Shown: piece by piece, positions 38,303 to 47,136 of the stretch
Position numbering within the stretch: position 1 is the first letter of the stretch
How the letters are laid out: each line of letters begins with the position of its first letter
Sequence record: LC768500.1
DNA: 64,000 nt
Strand: one strand, 5' to 3'
The notes under the pieces: model-generated
The model's input: only the letters and a program-made list of their open reading frames with translations
What the model was told of the DNA's origin: nothing
The model's database searches: none
Position numbers and translations under genes: made by a program

Positions 38303-38578
38303 ATGGCAGATACGTCAGAAATCATTATCACCAGAACGTTCGCTCAGTTAAAAGAACTTCGGATAATGATCAGCCGTAAATTGGTTAAGTCGGCTTCTTT
38401 GGTTGAAACTACAGAGGGATGGTCAGTAGAGTTCAAAACTGAATACGGAGATAGGATATTCTCTTCGTCAAAGAATGCGTACTATCCAAAGACCTTTAAA
38501 GGATTTACAGCGCCCATCAAAATGCTGAGAAAGATGGGATTTGACGAAGTAAAGCTGGTATTTCTAAAAGCCAAATGA
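38303..38578 (+). CDS. small protein, tandem paralog A2
   Basis: As for A1; same length (91 aa). Confidence 0.7.
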   Translation: MADTSEIIITRTFAQLKELRIMISRKLVKSASLVETTEGWSVEFKTEYGDRIFSSSKNAYYPKTFKGFTAPIKMLRKMGFDEVKLVFLKAK

Positions 38579-38599
38579 TATTAATTTAGGAGAAATGAA

Positions 38600-38926
38600 A
38601 TGAAAGTAACAATCCAAGTGCTGGAAGACAGAGAAGTCGATATTATCGAGGCCTTAGAAAAAAGTTTGTTCGTCCCCCATTTCTATTTCGTGCATCGGGG
38701 GCGGGATAAAGGAGAATTCTTAGGGGAGGATGACGATTCTATTTTGATCATCTCACAGGAGTTGGTTGATTGTTGTCCTGAACTGGTCGTATTGGAATGC
38801 GGGGATTTGGAAAAACTATGTTTCTCCCAACGACGCACCAAAACCGAAAAAGAGGTTATTATCGAATACCTCAAAGCCAATCGAGAAAAGATTATCAAAG
38901 TCACTGACTTGCCGGGGTACTATTAA
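38600..38926 (+). CDS. hypothetical protein, tandem paralog B1
   Basis: LGEDDDSILIISQ and Y.K...KII shared with B2. Confidence 0.65.
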   Translation: MKVTIQVLEDREVDIIEALEKSLFVPHFYFVHRGRDKGEFLGEDDDSILIISQELVDCCPELVVLECGDLEKLCFSQRRTKTEKEVIIEYLKANREKIIKVTDLPGYY

Positions 38927-39300
38927 TGTTAAAAAATCGTCCTGGGGTAATCGTTACTCATACCGACGCATCTTCTGCTCACGGTTGGATCGATCTGCTG
39001 ATTCGTGATCTCGACGATAAGAACGTTGAGACGCGATTCTGTATCTGCACCCCAACAAACCACAAGTTGGTTCATTTACTGGGCGAACCAGATGACTGCG
39101 TGCTGGAAATCTCCCAATGGAAACGAGACTCCCCGTATAACGTGGGTTATTTAGGAGCGCCGGAAATAAAGGGGTGTGAGCTTTCCGACGAAGAACTTCG
39201 TTCGTATGTGAAAGAGCACTCGGATAAAATTATTGATATCAATCTCGCGCTGGTTTTAACAAATGGGGGTGATTATGACGGCTCGTTATTTTGCCGGTGA
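38926..39300 (+). CDS. hypothetical protein, tandem paralog B2
   Basis: LGEPDDCVLEISQ. Confidence 0.65.
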   Translation: MLKNRPGVIVTHTDASSAHGWIDLLIRDLDDKNVETRFCICTPTNHKLVHLLGEPDDCVLEISQWKRDSPYNVGYLGAPEIKGCELSDEELRSYVKEHSDKIIDINLALVLTNGGDYDGSLFCR

Positions 39301-39808
39301 TCTGCACTTAGGTGATCCTTCGATCATCAAATACCGTAAGCAGTTTAAAACGGTAAAGGAGCACGATGAATTTATCGCCGATACGATTTTGGTTAAACCT
39401 CGTGATCACGACGTGCTAACCATCGTGGGTGACGGATTCATTAAACCCGAATCGCTGTTCATCCTGAAGAAATTCCCGTATAAGAAACATCTTATCCCAG
39501 GGAATCACTGTATGGAGAAAGGCGTTAAAGTTACTGATCTCGCTGCTTTCTTCGACGTTGTTACCGGATCGTTTAAATGGAAGAGTGGGTTCTTCGTATC
39601 CCATGAACCTCAGCATCCTAATCATCTCCGAGGCCGCATCAATATTCACGCTCATTTGCATGATAAAGTAATCGAAGACGAACGTTATATCGGAGTGTCA
39701 TTAGAACAAACCGGTTATCGTTTAATCCATCACGATGAGATCTTATCTGGTTCTTATCGTACTTATCGCAAACCAACTCTTGAAGACCATTTACATTTAG
39801 GAGAATAG
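39275..39808 (+). CDS. calcineurin-like metallophosphoesterase
   Basis: GDLH, VGD, PGNH, SHEP, HAHLH. Confidence 0.88.
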   Translation: MTARYFAGDLHLGDPSIIKYRKQFKTVKEHDEFIADTILVKPRDHDVLTIVGDGFIKPESLFILKKFPYKKHLIPGNHCMEKGVKVTDLAAFFDVVTGSFKWKSGFFVSHEPQHPNHLRGRINIHAHLHDKVIEDERYIGVSLEQTGYRLIHHDEILSGSYRTYRKPTLEDHLHLGE

Positions 39809-39810
39809 CC

Positions 39811-40101
39811 ATGGCTCGTAAACCTTCTACCGTAGGCGAGATTATTAAGAAAGAGTATCTCGAACCGATGAACATGAGTATGATGGAACTCTGCCGTCGG
39901 ACTCATTCAAGTAAGGGCGCTATTTTCCATCTGCTTAGCGGGAGCAATCGTCTGAGTATTGAGATGGCGTTTAAACTCGCTAAACTCTTCAACACAACTG
40001 AAGAGTTTTGGCTGAACCTTCAGCGGCAAGTAGATCTTTACGAAGCCAAACGGAATAAAGAACTTAAAGCGACCTTAAAGAAAATTACCCCCGTTGAGTA
40101 G
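39811..40101 (+). CDS. higA: orphan HigA-family (XRE) antitoxin
   Basis: GEIIKKEYLEP..MAFKLAKLFNTTEEFWLNLQ..DLYEA. Confidence 0.85.
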   Translation: MARKPSTVGEIIKKEYLEPMNMSMMELCRRTHSSKGAIFHLLSGSNRLSIEMAFKLAKLFNTTEEFWLNLQRQVDLYEAKRNKELKATLKKITPVE

Positions 40102-40128
40102 ACCGGGTAATAATTTATTTTTAGGAGA

Positions 40129-40671
40129 ATGATGATGATCAATTGTTTAGAACCCAACGAGTTCGCTCAGTTTAAAGCACAGTGGGATAAATATTTCGAG
40201 GAGGGTCTTCCCGGACTCGATGAAAGAATGAAGGGTCCGATGCTGATCCTGAACGCAATACCCGGGGTAGCGACCCGCTTTTGTTGTTCCGGTCATACCT
40301 TTGAAGAAAGGTTATCGTCCCACCCGACCAAAGCGTATTCTCGCGTACAGAAAAGGAACTTCATTTTTGTCGTTGAAGAAGGTCATGCTGATATTTTCTT
40401 TGCGTTTGAGATACTCTTCAAATTATTGAACAAAGACGAGTTTAGTTTTTGCCGGCCTTCTTTAGAAACCACTCTGCTCAAGAAAAACTTCGGTGAGTCG
40501 GAAACCTATCCGGTTTGGGTATTCGAAATGAATTGGGTTTACGAACTCACCGAGGAAGAAAAAATAAAGGGAAGGGATAAGACCCAGAACGAACTCTGGG
40601 AGAAACTCCTCAGAGGACTGTTCCTGATCACCGATCCTGAGACCCGTCATAAGCATCAGGAGTTACTCTAG
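40129..40671 (+). CDS. hypothetical protein with weak TYW3-like motif
   Basis: LNAIPGVATRFCCSGH resembles the TYW3 TTSSCSG motif (tentative). Confidence 0.55.
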   Translation: MMMINCLEPNEFAQFKAQWDKYFEEGLPGLDERMKGPMLILNAIPGVATRFCCSGHTFEERLSSHPTKAYSRVQKRNFIFVVEEGHADIFFAFEILFKLLNKDEFSFCRPSLETTLLKKNFGESETYPVWVFEMNWVYELTEEEKIKGRDKTQNELWEKLLRGLFLITDPETRHKHQELL

Positions 40672-40806
40672 TCTCTTCGATATTTAGCAAAGCAACAGTT
40701 CTCTTGTTAAGATAAATAAATGATGTAATGGTATGGCCTGTCGGCCTAGGTGGGGGTAGCCTTGTGGATTACTCTCATTCCTCTCGTAAATGTTGGAGAA
40801 ATAAAA

Positions 40807-41322
40807 ATGGCTAAAGAAAACGTTGTTCGTATTCCACTGTATAATTTAGGTAATCTTTCCTGCGTAGGGTATCGAGAAGGGTGTGGGTATAACGTTAAGG
40901 TTTATTGGGGTGATTATCTGCTGGCCTCTAAACCTAATCTCACTCAAGCGCTCGACTTCGCTTATATCGGAGTTCGACTCTTCTCCCCGACCCACAGTGA
41001 ATGGTTAACCAACGATCTGCGCTTAACTATTTGTGAATCGTTGATAAAAGCCCGTTTATTAATTGACGGTAATCATAGCGTAGAGCGTTCTTCTGTTCTT
41101 TCGGAGGGTTTCCTTAAGCATTGGAAAACAGACGAATCCGGAGTAGACTATTATCTGGAAGTACGTCTTGCTAGAGATCCAGGTAAAATAGAAGACGACA
41201 TCGTTCAAGTCACCTTAAAGTACGACAACGACGGGTGTAGTCTCACTCATAGCTTCAAGAAATACGCTTCCGTTTTCAACTATAAAAAGCATTTAGGTCT
41301 TTTCAAACAAGTTACCTATTGA
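40807..41322 (+). CDS. hypothetical protein
   Basis: ATG at 40807 after GGAG. Confidence 0.65.
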   Translation: MAKENVVRIPLYNLGNLSCVGYREGCGYNVKVYWGDYLLASKPNLTQALDFAYIGVRLFSPTHSEWLTNDLRLTICESLIKARLLIDGNHSVERSSVLSEGFLKHWKTDESGVDYYLEVRLARDPGKIEDDIVQVTLKYDNDGCSLTHSFKKYASVFNYKKHLGLFKQVTY

Positions 41323-41329
41323 GCCAATC

Positions 41330-41364
41330 TAACTCCTACTCCCTTATCGGGAGTAGGAGTTATT
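41330..41364. terminator. CTCCTACT-family palindrome, identical to 17902-17936
   Basis: 35 nt exact repeat. Confidence 0.8.
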
Positions 41365-41437
41365 GCACATGTAAATAAAAACAGACCTGTATTATCTTTA
41401 TGTAGAACAATCCATAACCTTTTTAGGAGCAAATAAC

Positions 41438-41740
41438 ATGAACGTCTATTTAGTTAAACCGATGGAATTTACTGGCGATGAAGATATCAACGGCATGGTG
41501 GTAGTGGCAGAAAACAGTGTTGCCGCGCTCCTCACCCATCCTCATGTGGACGAGGACGGGAATTCATTTGAATGGGTACGGGATACGGATTCAGAAAACG
41601 GGGCGTGGGTTGATGAAGAAGGTCGAACAGATATCTTCCATGGTTGTGGGTGGCCAGCACCACATCGGTTACACTGTGTTCTGTTGGGCGTAGCCGCTGA
41701 CGGGATGGAAGAAGGCATCGTGTTGGTCGATCGCGATTAA
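41438..41740 (+). CDS. small acidic phage protein
   Basis: Related to 37721..37963. Confidence 0.7.
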   Translation: MNVYLVKPMEFTGDEDINGMVVVAENSVAALLTHPHVDEDGNSFEWVRDTDSENGAWVDEEGRTDIFHGCGWPAPHRLHCVLLGVAADGMEEGIVLVDRD

Positions 41741-41750
41741 GGGGTAGAAT

Positions 41751-42272
41751 ATGAAAGTTGTTAGATTTGGTAATGTAACCGTCAATAAAGATAATAAACT
41801 GGAGATCGCCCGATTTAATTTCTCCAGTGCGTATGACGGCGAACCAGTCACCCCGGCAGGGATGATTAAAGCTATCGTAAACTGTCTTAATGATTACGTT
41901 GGTAAGACGGATGGGATGTTCAGCCCCGTTAAGGATCTAAGTGGCTCGCCACTTCTAATGGGGTCAAACATTCCAAAAGATCAGTCGGTGTTAATGATTC
42001 CCGACGGCACCCTGGCTTTAGCCGAACTGGATCCTCCTGTCTTTAGCACCAACGAATACACGTTCTTAGAAGTAGAAGAACGCGTTTATCAGCTCATAGC
42101 GATGCAAATAGGTATAACACTCACTACCGAAATGGGCGTCATTCCTGGGTCGGTTGAACTGATTGATGTGGATGACTCTCGTCCACATCCCGACAATGTC
42201 GTAGGTTACTGCCTGACATTAGAAAATCCACCGCGGTATTTCTTGAAAGTTAAGAATAAAGGAGTTCGGTAA
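41751..42272 (+). CDS. hypothetical protein
   Basis: 173 aa ORF. Confidence 0.65.
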   Translation: MKVVRFGNVTVNKDNKLEIARFNFSSAYDGEPVTPAGMIKAIVNCLNDYVGKTDGMFSPVKDLSGSPLLMGSNIPKDQSVLMIPDGTLALAELDPPVFSTNEYTFLEVEERVYQLIAMQIGITLTTEMGVIPGSVELIDVDDSRPHPDNVVGYCLTLENPPRYFLKVKNKGVR

Positions 42273-43057
42273 TGTTAGAGACCCAGCTTAAAGATCGCCT
42301 GACCATCCTGAACACTTTCGAATGGTTTACCTACTTCTGGAATAAATTCCAGGAAGGCATGTATGATGTAAGGCGAACCATGCATAGCGCGTCGGTTGCG
42401 ATTAATAACGGCGATTGTGCGGTAGCCGCTTTAGCGGTAAGTTCCGTTTTGAATCGTCGACTGGATGTTAACGTTGGAATGGCTCGCAATACTCTTCACG
42501 CCTGGGTCACTATCGGCAACGATATCTTTGATACCGAATTTCCAACGGGACACGATATAGCGAGTTTTAAATCTCGTTGGGGCGATCGTATCAGTGAGGT
42601 GGTTTTAACGCCTGAGACTCTCGTAGAAGAGTTTATGCCGTGCGATTTGGTAGGCGCCTATCTTGTAAAAGAATTTTGCGGGACAATGGGCGAGGTGCAT
42701 CCTAAAGAAATCGATTTTCTTCTGACCAACCCTACCGAATATGAATCTCAGGAAGGGATTAGTAAAATCGGAAAGGCTCTCGCATTTGCAGTAGAAGAAA
42801 CCCTGAAAGCCCGCAGGACAGTAACGACTATCAAACACGAGTCTTACTTCACTGCCAAAGAAGCCACGATGGATCATGAGCTCAAAGATCATGTCAGGGA
42901 TATCTATTCCGGTATTCTGATCTGCGTACTGGTGGATAAGAACGATCACAAAGTGATCGGAGAGTCTTATCACAAAGGACCAGAAACAGAACGCACGCTA
43001 CTGGCGAGATCCAGAGCTAAGTTTATTGCTCTGGATAAACTTAGAGACGTGGTGTGA
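42272..43057 (+). CDS. papain/transglutaminase-like domain fused to an N4 gp49/Sf6 gp66-like domain
   Basis: GDCAVAA..HAWV..FDT triad; IKHESYFT..LICVLVDKNDHKVIGES..A..K.. Confidence 0.55.
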   Translation: MLETQLKDRLTILNTFEWFTYFWNKFQEGMYDVRRTMHSASVAINNGDCAVAALAVSSVLNRRLDVNVGMARNTLHAWVTIGNDIFDTEFPTGHDIASFKSRWGDRISEVVLTPETLVEEFMPCDLVGAYLVKEFCGTMGEVHPKEIDFLLTNPTEYESQEGISKIGKALAFAVEETLKARRTVTTIKHESYFTAKEATMDHELKDHVRDIYSGILICVLVDKNDHKVIGESYHKGPETERTLLARSRAKFIALDKLRDVV

Positions 43058-43082
43058 TCATTCAATTTTAGGAAACAAAATC

Positions 43083-44783
43083 ATGAACGAAGAAAGTAAA
43101 ATCGCGATCGTTTCTCATGGGGAGGTTGTTGAGTTTGATCCTAACAGTGCTGACCATCGAAAGATTCTTGAGTCGGCAAATAGGAAACTTATAACGAACG
43201 AACTCTACCAGCGAGATTTAAAACGCTTTAAAGAGCTGGTTTTGTTTTATCAAAGTGCGGTTAGCAAAGAAACCGTCGATGATAAAATTGAGGAGTTCTT
43301 AAGGGCTACCGGGATAAGGTTGGACTATTCTGATCTGGCCATTTTTAACTACGGGTACCCGGACATAGATGGATACTTCGAAGCCCTCTATAACCGCGCA
43401 ATGGGTATTGAGTCAGCTGATGAGAATCCGATTGTTGGACTGAAGGAGAAGAGCTTGGACCCTCAACATTCATCAACCAACGCTGGCGGTGGGTTATTAT
43501 ACGACATTCTGCTCCGTAAATTTAACCGTTTTATGCAGAACGTAACAGCTGACCTTTTATTATTAGTGGACGTAAAATCGTTAACAAGGCAATGCCGGAT
43601 TGAGACAAACATCCTCAGAAAAATAGAGGGGTTTAATAAAGAAACAAATCTGGAACTGGATCGCGTCGGCATAGGTCGCTCAATCGATGAAAATTCTCAA
43701 ACCGAGTATTTTAATGTTCTTTTCGTAGACCTAATTAAACGATCAGAAGAATTCAGAATACAGACGATCCCTCTTTCGGAGAAAATTCGGTTTTATCAAT
43801 CAGACTGTGGTGAAATCAGGATTGGTGGAAGTGATAAACCTTCAACCATAATCTTATCGTTACTGGTTACCGATAAGGAAGGACGAGTGTGTTCGCGGAA
43901 TACCGGGGAGTTATTGCCTGGTGACAAACCACTGTCATGTTTTATCTGTAACGACTCGGCGGATAAAAAGGAATCAAGAAATGAGCAACCTACTGGAAGA
44001 TTAAGAACGCCCTCGCGTTATTGGTACGATCGTTTCGGCCACCCTCATCTTTTAGAGTCTGGTAAGCCAATGCACGTAAACTTTATTAAATGCGAACCGG
44101 GGTACGGTAAATATTTGGATCTGTCAGTCAATAAGGGTCCGATACCCTCCCCCGATCCTCGCGATGAAAGCGTAAGGGGTAAAGATACCGTTATTCAAAA
44201 CGGCATTTCAATTACCACTGGGAAAGTCAACATGCATGCGCTTGAGGCGGCATGTCGGACAATGGCTGAAAATATGAAAGCCATGCACCGCAAGCCCGTC
44301 TCTGATGAATTTCGCGATAAACTTTACGAGGCGCTGGCCGCCTTTTATCATCGACATCACTCTCTAGGAAATGCTTCAAGAGAGTTCCTGTACGGGGATG
44401 TTATTTGCATCGAACGGTTTAAGCGCGAGTTTGGAATTGTTTTCTCCGATAAGGACGTGGACGCGTTTCTTAACGGAGTTATGCCTATTCCTGAGTTACT
44501 CAGCAAATACGTTAGAGAACTCCGTCCCGGTGAAAAGAAAATCACAACTTACTCACAATACGCTTTAGCTCTAAACACAATAACCTCGTTATTGTGTTTG
44601 TTTCCTTCAAACGTAAGGACGAGAGAAGATATTGAACGTGCTAAAGCATTACACGTTCAATTCAATATTCGTTTTGACATTGATATGTCCGAAGAGGATT
44701 TCTTAGCGATTATCTATCGTCATGGCGCCCCCCGCCATTTTCTCAAAAAACACGCTACCACTGAAGCCACTAAAGGTGAATAA
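43083..44783 (+). CDS. large hypothetical protein
   Basis: ATG at 43083 with TTTAGGA..ATCATG leader. Confidence 0.7.
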   Translation: MNEESKIAIVSHGEVVEFDPNSADHRKILESANRKLITNELYQRDLKRFKELVLFYQSAVSKETVDDKIEEFLRATGIRLDYSDLAIFNYGYPDIDGYFEALYNRAMGIESADENPIVGLKEKSLDPQHSSTNAGGGLLYDILLRKFNRFMQNVTADLLLLVDVKSLTRQCRIETNILRKIEGFNKETNLELDRVGIGRSIDENSQTEYFNVLFVDLIKRSEEFRIQTIPLSEKIRFYQSDCGEIRIGGSDKPSTIILSLLVTDKEGRVCSRNTGELLPGDKPLSCFICNDSADKKESRNEQPTGRLRTPSRYWYDRFGHPHLLESGKPMHVNFIKCEPGYGKYLDLSVNKGPIPSPDPRDESVRGKDTVIQNGISITTGKVNMHALEAACRTMAENMKAMHRKPVSDEFRDKLYEALAAFYHRHHSLGNASREFLYGDVICIERFKREFGIVFSDKDVDAFLNGVMPIPELLSKYVRELRPGEKKITTYSQYALALNTITSLLCLFPSNVRTREDIERAKALHVQFNIRFDIDMSEEDFLAIIYRHGAPRHFLKKHATTEATKGE

Positions 44784-44960
44784 ATGCAACCACTGATCAG
44801 TCTTAAAGAGTTAGCCAAACTTCTGGGTATTTCCGTTAAAACCCTGAAAATTCGTATTAGCAAAGGTACTGTTCCCCAGCCTTTCGTTAGCGAGGGGAAA
44901 AATATGCGTTGGATGCGTTCTGACGTTGAACATCTCTTCTCTAAAGAAGAAGTCGTTTAA
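44784..44960 (+). CDS. AlpA/excisionase-like HTH protein, 58 aa (not in track)
   Basis: LISLKELAKLLGISVKTL..G..PQP..RW..SDVE. Confidence 0.8.
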   Translation: MQPLISLKELAKLLGISVKTLKIRISKGTVPQPFVSEGKNMRWMRSDVEHLFSKEEVV

Positions 44961-45033
44961 GTTGTAAATATTTACAGCCCTGTACTATTGTAATGGTCAA
45001 CCGACCGTAAACTTTAATTAAAGGAAAGAAATT

Positions 45034-45315
45034 ATGTCTAAAATCAAACTGACCGAAGAACAACTGGCCGCCCTGAATGGTTCGAAATCCTTCGTCGTTT
45101 CCGGCCTGGCTGCCGGCAAAGTCTCCCTCGCAACCGACGTGTCGGTCATCACCCTCGATCTCGATCCGGGTCAGCTGACCATCGGCCAAACCCTGAAGAT
45201 CAAATACGGCGCCCTCGTCACGGACAAAGCCCAGGAACAAAAGGCCGAAAAAGCCAAAGGTAAAAACAACCCGTCTCCGGAAATGGCGGCCAAACTTGCC
45301 GGCAGCGCCTGCTAA
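45034..45315 (+). CDS. small, codon-biased (probably highly expressed) protein
   Basis: AAGGA SD; C/G-ending codons; own terminator at 45326-45352. Confidence 0.75.
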   Translation: MSKIKLTEEQLAALNGSKSFVVSGLAAGKVSLATDVSVITLDLDPGQLTIGQTLKIKYGALVTDKAQEQKAEKAKGKNNPSPEMAAKLAGSAC

Positions 45316-45383
45316 GTTAAGGTAAAGTAGGAGGGGGTTTCCTCCTCCTACTCCCTCGTGTTTATTTTTTGGGAATTTAGTCG

Positions 45384-45947
45384 ATGACCATAAAGACTCT
45401 TTCCGGGAGATTATTTCTTAACCGAGACACATCTAATCTCAACAGTGTAAGCTGGTCGGTCAAGACCACCATAATTGACTACGAAACTAAAAAGAAAGAA
45501 AAGATTCACAACGAAATCTTTGATGCCAATATCAACATACGAAAGGGGAATACGTTATTAGTCATTCATACTAATAACGAGGGGATAGATAAAAATTTCG
45601 AATCCTTTTTAGCCAAACTCAGGCTGATGGATACCCACATCAGAGATTTCATTGAGAAGTGCGCGGTTAAACGCAGTAAAAAAGATACTGTAAAAACAGA
45701 GCGTTATTGGTTAAACGACATCGAAGGAATCGATAAAGTGTTTACAGGGTCGCTGGTAAAAACCTATGACCATTATAGTAATACGTTAGAGATCAGTTCG
45801 TGTGAACGCTCAGCGCGATGGTACGTTAATCGTTTTGGTAGTCAAGGCAAAGGTGAGATAGGCGAGCTCGTTATCTTACAGCGCGCTATAGACCGCCTAA
45901 TTAGAGATATCGGTATTGTTTTAAAAGAGGTTAAAAATGGGGCGTAA
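45384..45947 (+). CDS. hypothetical protein
   Basis: 187 aa ORF. Confidence 0.65.
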   Translation: MTIKTLSGRLFLNRDTSNLNSVSWSVKTTIIDYETKKKEKIHNEIFDANINIRKGNTLLVIHTNNEGIDKNFESFLAKLRLMDTHIRDFIEKCAVKRSKKDTVKTERYWLNDIEGIDKVFTGSLVKTYDHYSNTLEISSCERSARWYVNRFGSQGKGEIGELVILQRAIDRLIRDIGIVLKEVKNGA

Positions 45948-46356
45948 GAGTCACGGGGAAGATTATACCGACGCAGAGCTTGATTTTATCGCAAGCGTAG
46001 CACACAGCGTGCAGTGCGGGATAGACTATGCCTTCGGTCTGCCGGAATTACATCAATGGGGGTTGATGGGGGATGGTTATAAAACCCAAATGAAAGCATC
46101 CGTCAGAGCCGTTCTGGTTCATGACAAATCACCAAAATCTCTCCATGGTAGTTGGCTTAGTCGGCTAACCCAAGAAGGTTGGGTTCATGGAGAAGTAAAG
46201 GATGCGGAAAAGAAAACCCATCCGTTATTAGTTCCATTCGACGAACTTCCTATCGAATGGAAACTTCGTCTTCGTCAATTCAGAGCCGCAGTCATTCCTT
46301 TTAGAAAAACCAAAAATACAGTGAGATCTAATCTCATTACCTTTTCAACAAAATAA
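45937..46356 (+). CDS. RyR-domain protein
   Basis: H.SW......EGWVHGEVKDAEKKTHPLLVPFDELP. Confidence 0.85.
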   Translation: MGRKSHGEDYTDAELDFIASVAHSVQCGIDYAFGLPELHQWGLMGDGYKTQMKASVRAVLVHDKSPKSLHGSWLSRLTQEGWVHGEVKDAEKKTHPLLVPFDELPIEWKLRLRQFRAAVIPFRKTKNTVRSNLITFSTK

Positions 46357-46380
46357 CCTCACTAATTTAGGGCTACGATT

Positions 46381-47124
46381 ATGAGCGAGAACATTCCTTA
46401 CGTTTACCTTCCTTCCGACATCAAACACGATTCCGGCGTTGTTTTGAATCGCGATAAGATCAACCGTTCGAAAACGATCATTAAAACGTTGGGGGTCAAA
46501 ATAAAAGACCACAACAACACCGTAAAGATGTTTGACAAAGCGATGTCCGGCGAGCTTTATCAAACCAAGGAGGGGAGAAAATACCGTTCGGTAACCTTCA
46601 AGTTACACGCCAAGCGAAAGAAGGAACTTCTGGAAGCGCTTAAAGCGGAAGAAAAGGTATTGCGTGCGATGAAAGAATTCGGCGTGATTCTTCAACAGAA
46701 TATTTACGATGCTCAGTCGATGAGTTTCTCTCCTTTCTCTTTAAAAGATTTTCTCGACTCTAAAGCACTCGGCAGTATTCCGGGTAAATCTGAATTACGG
46801 GATCTTCGTCAGTCGTTAACCAAATTAATTGAAGCGGATCCTGATGCGGTTATCTGGATTGCAAAAAGAAATCTGGACGGGGTTCCGGTCGCTTTTATCG
46901 CCGGCCGAGATCAAGGCGATAATGTGTTCGACATGCTTGTTTTCTATTCGCACACTGAGGATAAAGACCGGCATAATGAGGTAATGAAATACCTCATTAA
47001 ACGTCTAAAATCGATAGGCGTCGCTCCTATCAGTCTGATCTCTATTTCTCCTGAATTTAGTGCGGTGGGTCACGCAATGGAGAAAATGGGTGGGCGCATG
47101 GCTTCGGCACAATTTGACTTTTAA
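46381..47124 (+). CDS. hypothetical protein, possible C-terminal GNAT-like fold
   Basis: Beta-alpha pattern only; weak. Confidence 0.6.
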   Translation: MSENIPYVYLPSDIKHDSGVVLNRDKINRSKTIIKTLGVKIKDHNNTVKMFDKAMSGELYQTKEGRKYRSVTFKLHAKRKKELLEALKAEEKVLRAMKEFGVILQQNIYDAQSMSFSPFSLKDFLDSKALGSIPGKSELRDLRQSLTKLIEADPDAVIWIAKRNLDGVPVAFIAGRDQGDNVFDMLVFYSHTEDKDRHNEVMKYLIKRLKSIGVAPISLISISPEFSAVGHAMEKMGGRMASAQFDF

Positions 47125-47136
47125 GGGTGATTAAAC

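Noticed and set aside
17900-41364. CRISPR array formed by the repeated palindromes
   Set aside because: Copies are kilobases apart at gene ends, not regularly spaced, and there are no cas genes.
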